Positions 33,533 to 56,146 of a stretch of DNA of 64,000 bases are shown piece by piece. The stretch is taken from NCBI GenBank assembly GCA_033442325.1, contig JAWQFM010000015.1, positions 724,205 to 788,204 on the forward strand, written 5' to 3'. Positions within the stretch are counted from its first letter, which is position 1; each line of letters opens with the position of its first letter. The position numbers and the translations under genes were made by a program. The stretch comes from Salpingoeca rosetta. Its lineage: Eukaryota > Protista > Choanoflagellata. A model generated the notes under the pieces. The model ran no database searches. It was not told the origin of the DNA and saw only the letters and a list, made by a program, of their open reading frames with translations.

Positions 33533-34085
33533 TGAACAGGCTGGACATGCGTGTGTCTGTGTGTCTGTGTGTCTGTGTGTCTGTGTGTCTGTGTGTGTGT
33601 GTGTCTATGTCTGTGTGTGTTGTACTGTGACAGAAATGGGGTGTGACCCATGCATGGGTTGCTGTTGTTGCTGTCGTTTGCTGCTTGTGCTGGTCTCTGT
33701 CTCTCGCTCTCGCTCGCTCTGTGGCAATATAGAAGACAATGGGGACACAGTACTCTTCCATGCATTATGCCAAAAAGCTCGTGGATGAAGATTTGAAGAG
33801 ATGATTGTGACGTGAACAGCACACACGTCATCGATGATGGTTTGTGTAAGATATTCAACAATGCTCCAGGCAAGCGTTCCTGTTGTGTAACACGCCTGAT
33901 CGTTCAACCCCCTCTCTGTTACGCACGCAGACGCACTCTCGTTCATGCCACAAGCTGCCTTCGCGCAAGTGTCACACCACACCAAACAAGCACCCGCTAC
34001 CCAACACAAGAAGCGCTACCATCCCAGCCCACCATCAGCCAACCATCAGCCCACCATCAGCCAACCATCGTCACTGCCTCACTGC

Positions 34086-35192
34086 ATGATGCACGAGGAA
34101 CACCCAACAGAAGACGCTGTCACGGAGCACGTCGAGCGCACCCAGGCTCAACAACCACAAGCAGATGGGTGTGGTGCTCCTGCTCAGAGCGAAGACGCAG
34201 GCTCCACAGCAAGCGCAAGCACAGCAAGCAACAGCCCAAAGCGCGGCACGTTTGTTGCCTATGGCGAGTGGGGGAAAACCAGATGCACGTACCACCGGGC
34301 CATTTCAAAAACACACACGCTCACCTTCGACAAGGCCAACGATGACGATGCTGCCTATGCTGCCTCCGACTACTGTGTGCGGCGGCCACCTGTCTTGGCA
34401 CGCATTGTGCAGAGCGACCCCGGCAACGTCACCTGCACCCTGCAGACGTCCCCAGCCTTGCTGACGGTGACAGGTGTCACGCGCGAGCAGGCGGCTGCGT
34501 TGGCAGAAGAGTACACCAGCGAGCTCATGGAGGCGTACTGCGATAACGTGGCTTTAGGTCGAGGCTCCCTTGACTTCAACTTCTACATGCACCGCTTCTT
34601 TGATGACGAGGAGGAGCACGTTGGCGAGCTCGATGCACACGAACACTCGGCTTCTTCACGCACCAGCGACAAGGACATCAACTCCAGCACCTGCAGTGAG
34701 CACAGCACCGCAAGCGACAGCGACAATGGCAGCAGTGGCAGCGTGGTGAGCAGTGGCGACGAGGTGAGCGATGCAGACAGCGGTGTTCACGGCTCAGCCC
34801 ACGCACCCAGCAAGAGCAGCGCCAAGCACGCTGAGCACGCCGAACACGTTGAGCACGCGACACAAGCAGCTGCTCGAGCAGTCGAGACGCAGGTCATCCC
34901 TGTCGACATTGCGGGGATGCAGGGTGAGCTGAAGCTGAAGGACGACGACGAGAACTTTGCACTCGTCGCTGCTGCCATCCACCGCGGCCTGGAACGACTG
35001 CAGTTCACGAAGGACACGGCGTTTGCGGCTGTGGGCCCGAAGATGCCGCTCAAGCCGTCCGCAGACGCCCCAGCTTTGCTTCAGCAGGCCATGTGCGCAC
35101 AGCTGCTGCGCTTGAGACAAGAGGTGGGGGAAGGGAGTGAGGATGTCAGACACGAGGGCGGCAACGAAGAGCAGCAGCAACAGCACCACCAC

Positions 35193-35224
<32 letters not shown>

Positions 35225-36190
35225 GCAGCAGCAGCAGCAGCAGCAGTTTGGGCTGAAGAAGGAAGACGACAAGGAAGACGAGGAAGACGAGGCAGCGTGC
35301 TACAAGAGCGCAGCGCGTGTGTTCATCATTGCGTCCACCGACTCAGCTGCGCTAGAGGCTGCGCGTGAGGCTCTCGACCACGCCCTTGCAAACTTCCGCC
35401 TTGATGTGCCAGCGCATGCCGACCTTGCCGGTTCTTGGGACCAGATGCTACACAACTTCACGCATCACGCCGATACGCGGCAGAGTATTCTGGATACTCG
35501 GGGCATCAGATTTTACCGCACACGTGCTGTTCCACCCGAACTGCGGCCTGCACTTGATAACATTGAGATGGTGTGGCTGCAATCATATCAGCGCCCACCT
35601 TGGAGGAATGGAAGTCTGTGGCCAGCCTCCCAAACATCAAGATGCTCGAACTCAGACGCTCGCCGCGAAACACAGCAGAGCTGTTTGAGAAGGTGAAGGC
35701 GACGGGCGACGAGGAGCTGGTGCGCCGCTTCAAGGAGGTGACGGTCCTGTACGACCACACGGGCCTGAGCCCCGAGGAGGCAAAGCGGCACCGATACCGG
35801 CAGCGACTCGCGTCTGCATTTCTTTATGCAGCCACGGTTCGATCTCGCTACGTGTATGAAATTTGTGCTTTGCTCTGGCATGGAATGATGCGGCGTCAGT
35901 GTTTGCGCGTGCGTGCTTGCGTGTGTTGAGGTGTCGCTGCTTAACACTGCTCACACCGCTTGTGTAGCCATTGCGATCTAGCTTTGCACAAGACGCGTAC
36001 TTCATCCTCACGCACGTGTTCTCTGTTGGTGTTTGTTGCTGTTCCTGGTGTTGCCGTGCAGTTCGGGCATGGCTGGGACTGCGAAGCGTGCAAGCAGTGC
36101 GAGATGAGCTGGTGGTGCCTGTATGACAATCCCGGCAGCTGCGAAGGCGTCGACATCTATGACCCCGACTACTCGGACGGGCTTGACTGA
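34086..36190 (+). pseudogene. Hypothetical protein, tandem paralog A; frameshift at about 35581
   Basis: Shares long blocks with paralog B (KRGTFVAYGE, YCVRRPPVLARI, DFNFYMHRFFDE, VKATGDEELxRRFKEVTVLYD). Similarity continues in another frame after EMVWL. Confidence 0.7.
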
Positions 36191-36379
36191 GATCATAAGA
36201 TGGTCTGATGGTGGTGTCATAGTTGAGTACTTGTTTGGCAACGGTCATTTCTACTGACATTTGTCTGCATACATGCACGCTCGCATCGACACCTCTGTGC
36301 GCGCGCAAGTGTGTCTGTATGTGTATGTGTGTCTGTGTCTGTGTGTGTGCGCGCTGTCTCTGTGTCTCCCAGTTTGTTT

Positions 36380-36496
36380 GTGGGGGATGACATTGAGGAG
36401 GATGCCACTTCCATGGCCGACACGACCATCACCACCGCCAGTGCTGGCAGCAGACGAACGAACCGTTGATGAATGGGCTGGGCATGTGTGTTTGTA

Positions 36497-36500
<4 letters not shown>
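36380..36500 (+). repeat. Second copy of the CCDC40-like 3' end, marking a tandem duplication junction
   Basis: gacattgaggaggatgccacttccatggccgacacgaccatcacc matches about 33452-33500. Confidence 0.88.
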
Positions 36501-36534
<34 letters not shown>

Positions 36535-36822
36535 TGTTTGTATGTGTGTGTGTGTGTGTGTCGTGTGTGTGTGTGTGTGTCGGGTGTGTGTGTGTATGTA
36601 CCTCATGAAAGACTAAACTTGCTGCCAAAAGCTCGTGGACGAAGATGACGTGACGATTGTGATGTGACAACATGACAACGTCATCGATGATGATTCATGG
36701 AAGATATCCAACAATGAAACAATGCACCCTCAGATTGCACCCTTCCCCTGTAACACGCCATAACCCGAATCAACTGCGTGCCTGTGGAGGTTGCGCGTGA
36801 CTTTCCAACTCGCACTTTCCCA

Positions 36823-36891
<69 letters not shown>

Positions 36892-36951
36892 ATACGCAGG
36901 CATACGCACGCAAGCACGCACACACACGTCAACACAGCAAACAACAGCAGC

Positions 36952-39207
36952 ATGCACGAAAAACAACAGCACCAGACACAAGCAGGCGACGCCGTCCCGG
37001 CCCAGCGTAGCCCTCCCCAAACCCAGCACCACGACGACATGGGCAAAGATGCAGGCTACGCAGCAAGCACAAGCACAGCAAGCAGCACAAGCATGACAAG
37101 TAGCAGCCCAAAGCGCCTAAAGCGCGGCACGTTTGTTGCCTACGGAGAGTGTGCGCAAACCAGGTGCATGCATCACCAATCGAGTTCGGCAACCCACATT
37201 CTCTCCTTCGACAAAACCAGCGACGACAACACCGTTGAGCATGCTAGCGGACAGTATTGCGTGCGGCGCCCGCCTGTTTTGGCGCGCATTGCGCAGAGCG
37301 ATCCCAGCAACGTCACCTGCACCCTGCAGACATCACCCGCCGTGCTGACCGTCACGGGTGTCACACGCGAGCAGGCGGCTGCGCTGGCAGAAGAGTGCAC
37401 CAGCGAGCTCATGGAGGCGTACTGCGACGCCGTCATATTGGATTGGGGCTCATTCGACTTCAACTTCTACATGCACCGCTTCTTCGATGAGGGCGAAGAC
37501 GGTGGTGAACGTGTGCATGACGCCCACGAACGCGCAACCTCTGCACACGCCAGTGACACCAACACCAGTACTTGCAGTGAGCACAGCACCGCCAACAGCA
37601 ACGATGTCAACTCAAGCACTTGCAGTGAGCGCAGCACCACAAGCAGCAACGACAGTGGTAGTGATTATGTTCGGTCTGGGGAGAAGGCGAGCGATGTTGG
37701 TGGTGGTGGTGATGGTGGTGTTCACAGCACGAGCCACAGCAGCGGCAGCGACAGCGACAGCATCACTGCCAAGCAAGATTCTGCAGAGCCACCAGCAGCT
37801 GCGCGCATGTGCATGCAGGCCATCCCCGTCAACATTGCGGGGATGCACGGCGACTTCAAGCTGGAGGACGATGACGAGAATTTCGCGCTCGTCGCTGCTG
37901 CCATCCGCCGCGCCCTGGACTGGCTGCAGTACACGAAGGACACGGAGTTTGCTGCAGTGGGTCCGAAGTTGCTGTTGGACTTGACCACGGTCTCCGCTGG
38001 CCTTCGACAAGCCATCCTCGCCGACGTGGCTCGCTACGCTGAAGAAGCCAACGACGGCAAGCTGCAGCAGGAAGGGGATGAGGTCCAGAAACAAGAGCAT
38101 CAACAGCATCAACAGCATCAACAGCAGGAAGAGCAGGAAGAGGAAGGGATACAACAACAGCAGCACCAGCAGCACCAGCAACAACAGCCGCACCAGCATC
38201 AGCACCAGCAGCACCAGGGAGAGAACGAGGTTGACGACTTGGAAGAGCATGAGGAATTCTGCAGCACTGAGCACATATTCATCATTGCATCGACTCCCTG
38301 ATTGCTGCGCGCGAGGCCGTCGATTATGCGCTGGCCACCTTTCGCCTCGATGTGCCTCCAGACCATTCGGATGTTGTATTCGCTTGGTCGTGGGAAGAAC
38401 TGCTGCACAACGTCACGCAGCATGACGATCCACAGTCCATTGCCACAGCCAGAGGGATATGGGGGTTTCCCAAAGGGCATGTTCCCGCTGACCTGCGCCC
38501 CGCTCTCGCCAACGTGGAGATGATGTGGCTGCGAATCCACAAGCCTGAAGTGGAGGCCTACAAATCGCTCCTGAGCCTCCCGGGCATCAAGCTGATCGAC
38601 CTCAAAGGAGGGCTGCGCACTGCAAGGCTGCTTGAGCAGGTCAAGGCGACAGGCGACGAGGAGCTGCTGCGTCGCTTCAAGGAGGTGACGGTCTTGTACG
38701 ACCGCAGAGGGTTGAGCCCAGAAGAGGCAGAGCACCAGCGACGCCGATGCCGACTCTCGTATGCGCTCGAGTATGCAAGAAATGTGAGTTTGCACTGAGT
38801 TTATCGTGCTCTGGGGTCTTGTACGTATTCCTTGAGTTGTGGGAGCACCCGTGGAGTGGATTGTGGCGTGCTGGCTTGTGATGGCTTGGTCGATGGCATT
38901 GAACCTGCTGTGACGTGTGTCATCGTGTGCTGTAAAGTGTCAGACAACACGCTGCTCACCCTGTGTTTGCGACTCCTTAAGAGAGGCTCGCACTTGTTCT
39001 CTTTCTCCTGCACTGTCTTACTTACCTCCGCACACAACACAACACAACGCAACACAACTCAACACAACACAACACAACACAACACACGTGATGCAGCAAG
39101 GGTACGACTCCGAAGGCCGCTGTCTGCGATGCCAGCGCTGCTGCTGGTATCATGACTATTACATAGGCTGCGAAGAGTGCTATCGCTTGAGGCCCGACCG
39201 CGACTAA
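36952..39207 (+). pseudogene. Hypothetical protein, tandem paralog B; frameshift at about 38290
   Basis: The ORF stops at IFIIASTP*. Homology to A resumes in another frame (DSLIAAREAVDYALATFRLDVP), and there is a short Cys-rich terminal exon. Confidence 0.7.
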
Positions 39208-39836
39208 CTGTGCTTTTGCATGCGTGTGCAGGCGTGTGTGGATCTGTGCGCTGTTTGTTCGTGCCTCGGCATTGTTTGTTTGCCTTCCGCTTTCGTTGAT
39301 GTGGTCTGGTCAGATATCTCCTTTTGTTGACATGATTATGGTGTGACATGAGTCAGACGTTGTTCACAAATACAACGCCAGCACTCAAGCGCTTGTGCGG
39401 TCATGCTCATGCCTCGCGTCCTTCAATTGCTCCCACACGGGTCATGTTCGTGGTGACTGTGAGAGCTGTTCACATCGCATCACAACAACCAGCGTTTATT
39501 GTTCACACACGCACGACGTGGCACAGGCGCACACAGATCAAACAAACAACTGTCAAGCAAGTCAACACCACACATGCTGAAAGGCAGGGTCATGTGCAAG
39601 TCCAACACTGGAAGGCGAGATGGCAAAGAAGGAAGGGGGCACGGTGGAACACAACGAAGCACAACACAGCAGGAAGCAGGAGAACCACAACAAGTTTCAG
39701 GCAGGCTAAAGAGCGAAGCTGCGGTGTCGGACGAATGCTTGGCGACGGCGATGGAGACTTGGCGTTCCAGGAAAACGGCAACAAACACAGAGCGAGTAGT
39801 CCTGTGCTGCTCACCGCAGTGCACCCGCAACGATGT

Positions 39837-40661
39837 TCACTCAAGGCCGAGCGCAGTGACCCCCAGTGCGCTGCACACGTGCGTGTAGCTTGGGCACACG
39901 GGCCAGTGGCTTACGACCAGGATGTCGTCGTCTCCCGCCTCCTTGTGCAGCGCGAGTTGCACTTCACAGTGGAACGCAGCTTTCGCGCACCGCTCAAGAA
40001 TGCTAGAAGCGTTATCCTCCGTGCAGTTCAGTTCGGCCAACAGCTGATCGAACTGCTCACTGGTCGTGCCCTCGAGGACATGCTGGAGAACCAGATTGGT
40101 GTACTCTTTGGGCCGTGGCCCCCCAAGAAGGTCCCTCGTGTCGGCAACGTTGTACACTTTTAGGGCGGCATGGAGTGCAACGCCGAGTATGACGTCGCGG
40201 CATGGATGCGGCTGTTGTTGCTGTTGTTGTTGCAGGCGGCGGAACGTGTCTGCAGGATCTGCGTCGGCAGCCTCATCTTCCACCGTCAGCACGCGCGCCA
40301 CGGCAAGTATGGCGTCGAAGATCCTTGAAGGGCGCGTGGGGAACACGTCAGAAAAGGCAATCTTGAGCTGGTGGTGCTGGTAGGTGAAGAGCGTGGAGGT
40401 GCTTCCAGCGGCATGACGACGCACGAAGAACTCGTGCGGGACGCGCACGGTGATGAAGCGGTTGCTGTCGAACAGGGCTCTGCTGCAGGCAGTGCCGACG
40501 TTGACGCCGCTCCTGTACTCAGGATTGGACTTGCGCATCAAGGTGACGCGGTGCCGTTGGGTGATCTTGACCATGCCTGGCAGCGAGCCACGCACCACAT
40601 GAACCACGCCGTCCTCAGTGTCGACCGTGGCGAGGGGAACCAGGGATGCCGCAGAGCCCAT
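39837..40661 (-). CDS. Hypothetical single-exon protein, 274 aa, with possible N-myristoylation (MGSAAS)
   Basis: Open frame with host-like codon usage; no family recognised. Confidence 0.6.
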   Translation of the reverse strand: MGSAASLVPLATVDTEDGVVHVVRGSLPGMVKITQRHRVTLMRKSNPEYRSGVNVGTACSRALFDSNRFITVRVPHEFFVRRHAAGSTSTLFTYQHHQLKIAFSDVFPTRPSRIFDAILAVARVLTVEDEAADADPADTFRRLQQQQQQQPHPCRDVILGVALHAALKVYNVADTRDLLGGPRPKEYTNLVLQHVLEGTTSEQFDQLLAELNCTEDNASSILERCAKAAFHCEVQLALHKEAGDDDILVVSHWPVCPSYTHVCSALGVTALGLE

Positions 40662-40949
40662 CGTTGCTGTTGCGGCAGTGCTGGTGTGGAGGACGTTGGT
40701 GCTGTGTATGCATGTGGGCGACAGCGGAGCACCGCCAAGGCCGATGTTTGCGCAGACGAGACGGCCGGCATTGCTACTCAAACCATCGCTCCGATTCAAA
40801 CTCAAAGTTTTCCCGCCAAAAACAACGCCTTGTGCTGTTCGAGTTGTTGCGCCTTTGATATACTGTCCTGTGTCTGTACTTCACTCAGACCCGCTGGGTT
40901 TATTGTTTGGTGTCGAAAGCTGCCTGGCCAGTTGAAGAATGACAGCATG

Positions 40950-41032
<83 letters not shown>

Positions 41033-41687
41033 CACTTTGTGCGCTTGCGCGTGTGTGCGCGGGTGAGTGCAAGCACGGGTGGGTGTGGGGTCTGAGGCAC
41101 ACAGTACCACGGCAGGGGGGCTGAAAACCCATTCACGCTTATGCGATCGTGTGACTAGGTGTGTGTGTGTGTGTGAGTGTGTGAGTGTGTGAGTGTGTGA
41201 GTGTGTGTGCGACCATATTGATAATAGCCTTGGGTTCAAGCCTGTCTGCACACACGGTCACCATGCATGCTGCATGCACATGCGAGCAGCGAGTGGCATT
41301 CTCTTTCTTTTCAACTCACTGTGCTGTCTCTGCCTGTACTGTCTCTGCCTGTACTGTCTCTGTCTGTGCTGTCTGTTTTGCTGCTGTCGCGATTGCGCTG
41401 TGTGCAGGTGGCTGTCGAAGCAGAGCGACTTGCGTCGGTTGAGCAGCAGGTGGAAGGGCTACGGACTGCCATTCTCAGTTGCGCTTGCGTGTCGCTCTGT
41501 CCTCGTGAATGCCAAGTCCATTTGAACGGGCGCACGATTCGCGGTTGGTTGCGGCAGCAGTCCAACCTGGCGGTGGGCCGTAAGAGGTGGTGGTAACGAC
41601 CGTGAGCTGAGTTGACGCTGAACCAAAACAAAAAAGATTTGGACATGGCAGACGCGATGGTGGTCGTTAGTGGTCGGGAAAGGCGAG

Positions 41688-41770
<83 letters not shown>

Positions 41771-42232
41771 TGGACAAGCCCTTGTGCTCCAGCGCGTACA
41801 ATGGAGGGCCAGTGAGAACTTACGGTTGCCATTTGCTGCTTTCATAGCCATTGACTGTGAACAAGTGTATGCTGTCCGTGCTCGTTACCACCGTTTGATT
41901 TCAGCACCTGCACCGCAGTTGAAGAGGGAACCATATGGCCAGAGCATGAAAGATGTGAGCGAAGCAGGTGGAGGGATGAGAAGGCATCTGGCAGCCGCAA
42001 TCACATGCAAGAAGAACATGCACAGAGACGCGCACGTCCACAGCAGACTGTATACTCGTGCACACGCACATGCGCACATGCACAGATAGACAGACGCACA
42101 CGCAGAGACACAGAGACACAGAGACGCAAGCAGACAGACAGACAGACAGACACACGCACGCACACACGCACACACAGACACACACAGACACACAGACACA
42201 CAGACACACAGACACACACACACACACCCGAC

Positions 42233-42405
42233 CTGCGTTGGATGGAGACGGAGCGACGGAGGCAGGCGTCACAGAAGATGTGCTGCGATGGACACATGGA
42301 GGCATCACGGATGCCCAGCAGGCATATGGGACAGCGAAGGAGATTGTCCAGCTTGTGCACAAACATGGCTTCATCCCAGCCTGCGACATCTTCCGCCACG
42401 TCCAT
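42233..42405 (-). pseudogene. Orphan duplicate of exon 1 of the RING gene, with its upstream flank
   Basis: 42227-42570 is near-identical to 30565-30915. No copy of RING exon 2 (CPVCKDF) follows. Confidence 0.8.
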
Positions 42406-43216
42406 GGTTCCTGTTGATGATGTTGCTGCTTTGTAATTGCTGTTGTCTTGCAAGTGAGCCACACCTGTGTCATGCACAACAGTCATGTCACATCATCACA
42501 TCAGCTTGTATGAAGGGGTAAGAGCAAGACACACACGCACACGGTGGCAGCTTAACCACGGTTTGACACACACACACACACCCAGGCAGACACACACAGA
42601 CACACAGACACACAGACACACACAGACACACAGACACACAGACACACACATACACACACAGACAGAGGCGACGACGACAGCAGCAGGAACTCGACGACAC
42701 CATGCCAACTCGACGACGCGCGTCAGAATTGTCGACAAACTCACACACAGATCACAGGTTTCAATGAGCCACCCCCAGCAGTGATCCGTCCACCACATCC
42801 AACTGTAACTGTGACCGTGACACGCCAGCCACGCAACCACACAAACAAGCAAACGCAAGCAAACGCAAGCAAACACACCCCTCCAGTAGTCCAGTCCCTA
42901 CCATCAACATGCTTGCTTGTCGGTCCTCATCGTGTGTGGAACTGACAGCAGCGGCCCTGGTGTACTGTCTCGGTTTTTTTGCCTCCTCCTGATTTTGCTT
43001 CATTCTTTTTTCGAACACACCTCGTGTTTGTGCCGCTTGCAGACCACACGCTTCTGTGGCTGCCTTACCGCAGCCTGGTTGCTTGTTGGTCTCTGCGAAC
43101 TCGCACTCCACATCCGCTCCTGCCAAGCCCCAAACAGAGAGAGATTGAGATTTCAAGAGACTGAGAGACTTCCTCCCTTCCACCCCCTTCCGCCTTGTCA
43201 ACAACACTTCATCGCC

Positions 43217-51250
<8,034 letters not shown>

Positions 51251-53608
51251 GGTCGGTCGGCACGGCACAACCCAAACGAAACCAAACAAGTCAATCCACG
51301 TGTGAAGTAAGCGCATTCATGCACCCTGCTTCAGCGTAACCCCCCTTCCCCTCTTTTTCGTTCGTTTTTTCCCTTCCCTCTTTCACTTTCAGGATCCCCC
51401 CCCCCCTCTTTTGAAGTGAGTGCTGTCATTCATTGTCACGCACTCTTCTTCTCTCCTTTCTTCTGTTCCCCTCTTTCACCCCATTCCTTGACCTTCCGAC
51501 CTACCTCTTCTCTTCTTTCTTCTTCCCCCCCCCCCTCTTTCCACCCCTCCCATCGTTTCCTCCTCTTTCGTTGATGTTCTCCACGTTTTCCTACCGGTTT
51601 CCATCCACACTGCACAGCACAAGTCCGTGTTTCTTGTTCCTCTTTGTCTCCCCTCTTCCCGTTACTGTGACTTTTCTTTCCTCTCGTATCTTTTCTGTGG
51701 TCTCCCGTTCGTCCGACGCCCCGACGTCGTTTTCCTCGCTCGCCACCGCCATCGCCATGCCCCCTGCCGCGATCACGACCACGACCACGACCACCACGAC
51801 CACGCACTCATCCACCGCCCTCACCTGCCACCACGACGCGTCTACTCACTGCCCTCACCACTGCCACCACCCACCGCCACCGCCACCGCCACCGCCCCCA
51901 TCACCGCCTGAAGATGTAATGACGGCATGTCTGGGCCACGCCCACTTGTTGTCACAATCGCCCACCCGCTGGGCTTTTGATGATTGCTTCCGCTTTCGCT
52001 CCCCAAAGGAACGTGTGTCTCCACTGGTGAGCTGACTCTCCTTGGTGGCGCCGCGTCCATTGCAAACTCCTTTTGCAACCCATCACTGCATGTGCACACA
52101 CGCTGCCGTGCCGTGGTGACCCTTTACTGGTTTTGGAGGCGGGCCATCACACGCCGCTTCGAACCCGACAACTCAGACGTGTGAACGTATGCGCGAGTGT
52201 GTTGAAGTGTGTGGGTGTGTGGGTGTGTGGGCGAGTGTGCGTGTGAGAGTGTGTGCGTGTGAGAGTGTGTGATTGTGTGTGATTGTGTGATTGTGTGTGA
52301 GTGTGGCACTTGATTTGTGGGTGCGCGCATGGCTGAGCTTTTACGTTGACGCCGTTTGATTTTTTTTCTGTTGTTGTTGTTCTGCCTCACATCTGCACCC
52401 TGAGAAGCACGCAGGCCTTTGTGCGTTGTGGAGTGTTGCCTGCGACATCCTCTGTTCACTTACAGGAGAGCAAGGTGGACGATGGCTGTGGATTCATGAT
52501 TATGGTTGACTGTCGTTGACCATGGTTCTCCACAACCCGGCCACGTTGCTGTCGTGTGGTGGCGGATGTCTCTTGTCTGCACTCGGCGATTGCTTTAGTT
52601 TGTGCTCTTCCCCGTGTGCGTGTGTGCGGCAGCTGTGTGTTGGTCTCCGTTTGTTGTTTTCGTTACAAGGGTGTTTGCATTGCGGTACACATGTGCGTTG
52701 CGTTGCCTTGTGGCGCGACGTGTGACGTGTGACGTGCACATGAGCGCCCCGCGTGACATTGTTGCTGCTTTCTGTTGACCAATACACAGTGGACGAATGG
52801 GCATGCCGATGGGGGGAAACGCGAAGAGGAGGCGGAGTAAGCGATGGAGATGAGAGTGGAGAATGGAGGATATAGGGGAGGTGATGGTGATGATGGGAGT
52901 GCAACCACATCGACCATCCCCACACACCCGCGCACGCACGCATCTGAAAAAGACGCGGCACGACCATCATGACTCGATTCCTCTCTTCGCTCCTTACTGT
53001 TGTTTTCCTTTTCTTCGTTCCACACTGCGAAAAATCGTTCGTATGTCTTTTCCTCACAGCAGCAGCAGCAGGCGCTTACAGAAGCAAGCAAGCAAGCAAA
53101 GCAAGGCCAAGCTGGTGTTGTTCGTGTGGTGTGTCCCGCCCCATCATATCCAACAACACGCCCGCGCAGACACGCAGCACTTCCTCCTCTTCTCTTGTTT
53201 GCTAGTCTTTGCGTGTGTGTTGCTCGCTCTCTTGTTGCTCTCGACCTGACTTTCATCACCAGCAACGCCGCAAGCAAGCACAGGTGAGGCGACAAGTCAC
53301 GCTACACGTGGGTTTGTTCGTTTGTGACTGTGAGCAGGGCTTACACGCGCAAGAAGAGAGATTGTGTGTGTGTGTGTGTGTCATGTGTGGCTTGCGTTGT
53401 GCAGACAAAAGTGAAAGAGGTGAGGACACCCAAAACGGGCAGTGTGTGTGTGTGTGTGTTCGTGTGCGTTGTGTCTCATTTCTCTCTCACTCTCTGTCTT
53501 TGTTTGTTGTGGGTTCATTGTTCTTCGCGCCAGCCAAGCGTCCTTCTTCATTGTAATCAACCCACAACGCACACACGCGTGCGCGGTGCCCACGGGGAAC
53601 AAGGGGCC

Positions 53609-55062
53609 ATGATTCATTCAAGCACAACTCTCGACACCGCACGTCCTCCCATTCAACAACAGGTGTGTGTGTGTGTGCGTGTGTGTGGTGTGCGTGTGTG
53701 CTGATGGTTTGATGGCACTCATAAGTCTCATGTGAATGAATGAACGTGCAATGGTGTGTGTGTGTGTGTGTTTTGCAGATGGCGGAACCACTTCGACCAT
53801 CCACGCCAGAGCCGAGGTTACGGCCCTCGTTGATTCCACGGCACGTGGACGCCATCAACTCGCCGCCTCGCATGATCCACACCATTGGCATTGCGCGTAA
53901 CGGGCATCGACGAGTGCGGCCGCACCCACGCCGGGCCACACCATCGTCCTCGGCGCTGTCATCGTCGTCATCGTCATCATTGTCGAGGAGAGCGCGCCTG
54001 GACAGCGAGGACGACAGAGGCGGCAGCAGCATGCGCACTCGGCGGCGGTCTGGCCGCTCGCGCTCGCCACTGCAGTTCCGGCCCCGCAGCCGACTCGATT
54101 CGTGGGGCGACAGCGGCGACGACGACGAACGGCGCCGGCGACCACGCACCATCATCGTGCGGCGCAACCTCATGGACCAGCAGCAGAGCGAAGGACACAC
54201 TGGGCGGCAAGCGACCGGTACAAGCCAACACGGCGCGGAGACCAGGGAGACACCAGTTCAACCACAAGCGACCACTCCCGCCACGGTAACGGCAGCGGCG
54301 AGCAGGGACCAGCAGGCGTGGCCGCCACTGATCCGGCCATCGCCCGTCTTGCGGCCTGTCGCGCTGTACGATGTTCGCCATCATCAGCGTCACGCCATCG
54401 ATACCAGCGCCACCATCAGCCACAAACACGACGACACCAGGGTGCAGGGCATGGTTTGGGTGCCGCCGTCTCTTTCATCCTCAACGGCATCCTCAACCAC
54501 ATCCTCAACCACATCATCGGCATCATCCTCTGAGTGCAAACCGGTCTTCTTCGACATCAAGGCGCCGATGGCGTTGGACAGGAGGGGCGCGTTCACCGCC
54601 AATTCAACGTGTCGTGTGAGCGCTGGTCGTGTCCACGACCAAGATGAGGACACCGTTCAGGGCGACATGGCGCGGCTGTCACTGACAACGGCACAACATA
54701 GCAACAAGGGCAACAGCAGCAACAGCAGCAGCAGCAACAGCAGCAACAGCAACAACAGCAACAACAGCAAGACCAAAACCGGTTTGGTGACGGTTGACAG
54801 TGGTGAAAGTGATTGCGGCACTGACGCAGCGACCAAGGCGTGCTGCAAGCCGCTCGCCAATGACAACAACAGCGACGAGGCGGGGACACGTTCCTTTGAA
54901 GGAAAGCTTATGGCGGATGATGGTGTTGATGGCGGTGATGTGATTGCGTCTGCACGGCGGTCGCTGCATGCGTTACAACAGCAACAGCGACAGAAGCGTG
55001 CAGGAAACAAGCCCACGCTTCAATTCCGCCCGCTCTCTCGCACGGCATCTCACTCGCCCTGA
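53609..55062 (+). CDS. Hypothetical low-complexity R/S-rich protein
   Basis: ORF 53779-55062 follows an acceptor (ttgcag|ATG). A short upstream exon 53609-53662 is possible. Confidence 0.55.
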
Positions 55063-56058
55063 CGTGGTGTGGAAAGGGTAACAGCGTCATGGCTCTAGGT
55101 GTCCGCGATGTTTTGTTTGTCTGTCTGGTTGGTTGGTTGGTTGGTTGGCTGGTTAGGTAGAAGTTTGTTCGGTGAAGGCTCTGGGGCTTGTTCGTTGGTC
55201 GACAACACCGTGCGTGTGCGTGAATGTGTGCATGCGACATGAAATGATCAATACACCATTTAAGCTTGAGAACAATTGAGGCAAGCGTCGCAGAACAAGA
55301 AGAAGAAGAAGGTGAACAAGCGGGCATGGTAGTCAAACACAACCAGCAAACAAGCCACAAGGGAGGAAGGTGTCAGTGGCAAAAAGGTCGCAGCCCAGAA
55401 GCAAACAGCAAAGCAAGCAAGCAAGGGGCAAAAAAAAAAAAGGCGCGCCGCGCAAACTGCAAATTGACGGTGATTTGACAAAAACAAAACGGCCAAAAAA
55501 CCGGACGCGATGTTGAAATCAAAACAAAACGCACATCACCGCACTGACCAGAGATTAATCGTTGAAGACACCCATTAATTGTCGCTGCCTACCTGAACCT
55601 GACCTTCAAGGCGGGTCATTTGAGCCACCGAAGCGAAGCAAAACGCCACCCAAACGGGTTGGTGACAATGCGACGACGTCGCAAGAAGTGCGAGCAAGCA
55701 AGCAAGGCAAGCTGCGATTTGTTGTGGTGACAAAAGCAAGCAAGCAAGAAGCGAGGTGTGCGCGTGGTTGTGGAGACAAAAGCTTCGCAAGCAAACAAGC
55801 AACCAACAAACAACACAACCCCAACAAGCAACCAACAAGCAACCCAACAACAACCCAACACCAAGCACACACAACAACCCAACACACACAACAGACAGAC
55901 AGCTGAGCAAGGAACCGCACGTCTCCGTCAGTCAGGCGGTCAGCCAGCCAGCGTGAATGGGATTTCATTTTCAGCGAGACGCCAACCAAGAGCACGACCG
56001 CCGCACACACGCGAAGCAGCATTGCGGGTGAGTTGCGCGAACAACCACCTGGCCTGGC

Positions 56059-56112
56059 ATGAACAGATACAGCAACAACGGCACGATGCCACGCTCAACA
56101 ACGGCCGACAAG

Positions 56113-56146
<34 letters not shown>

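Noticed and set aside
41400-41600. Possible plus-strand exon (VAVEAERLASVEQQVEG...)
   Set aside because: No start, partner exons or recognisable homology.
51433-53300. ORFs between the helicase and the R/S-rich gene
   Set aside because: Low-complexity pyrimidine and trinucleotide tracts with no coherent exon chain.
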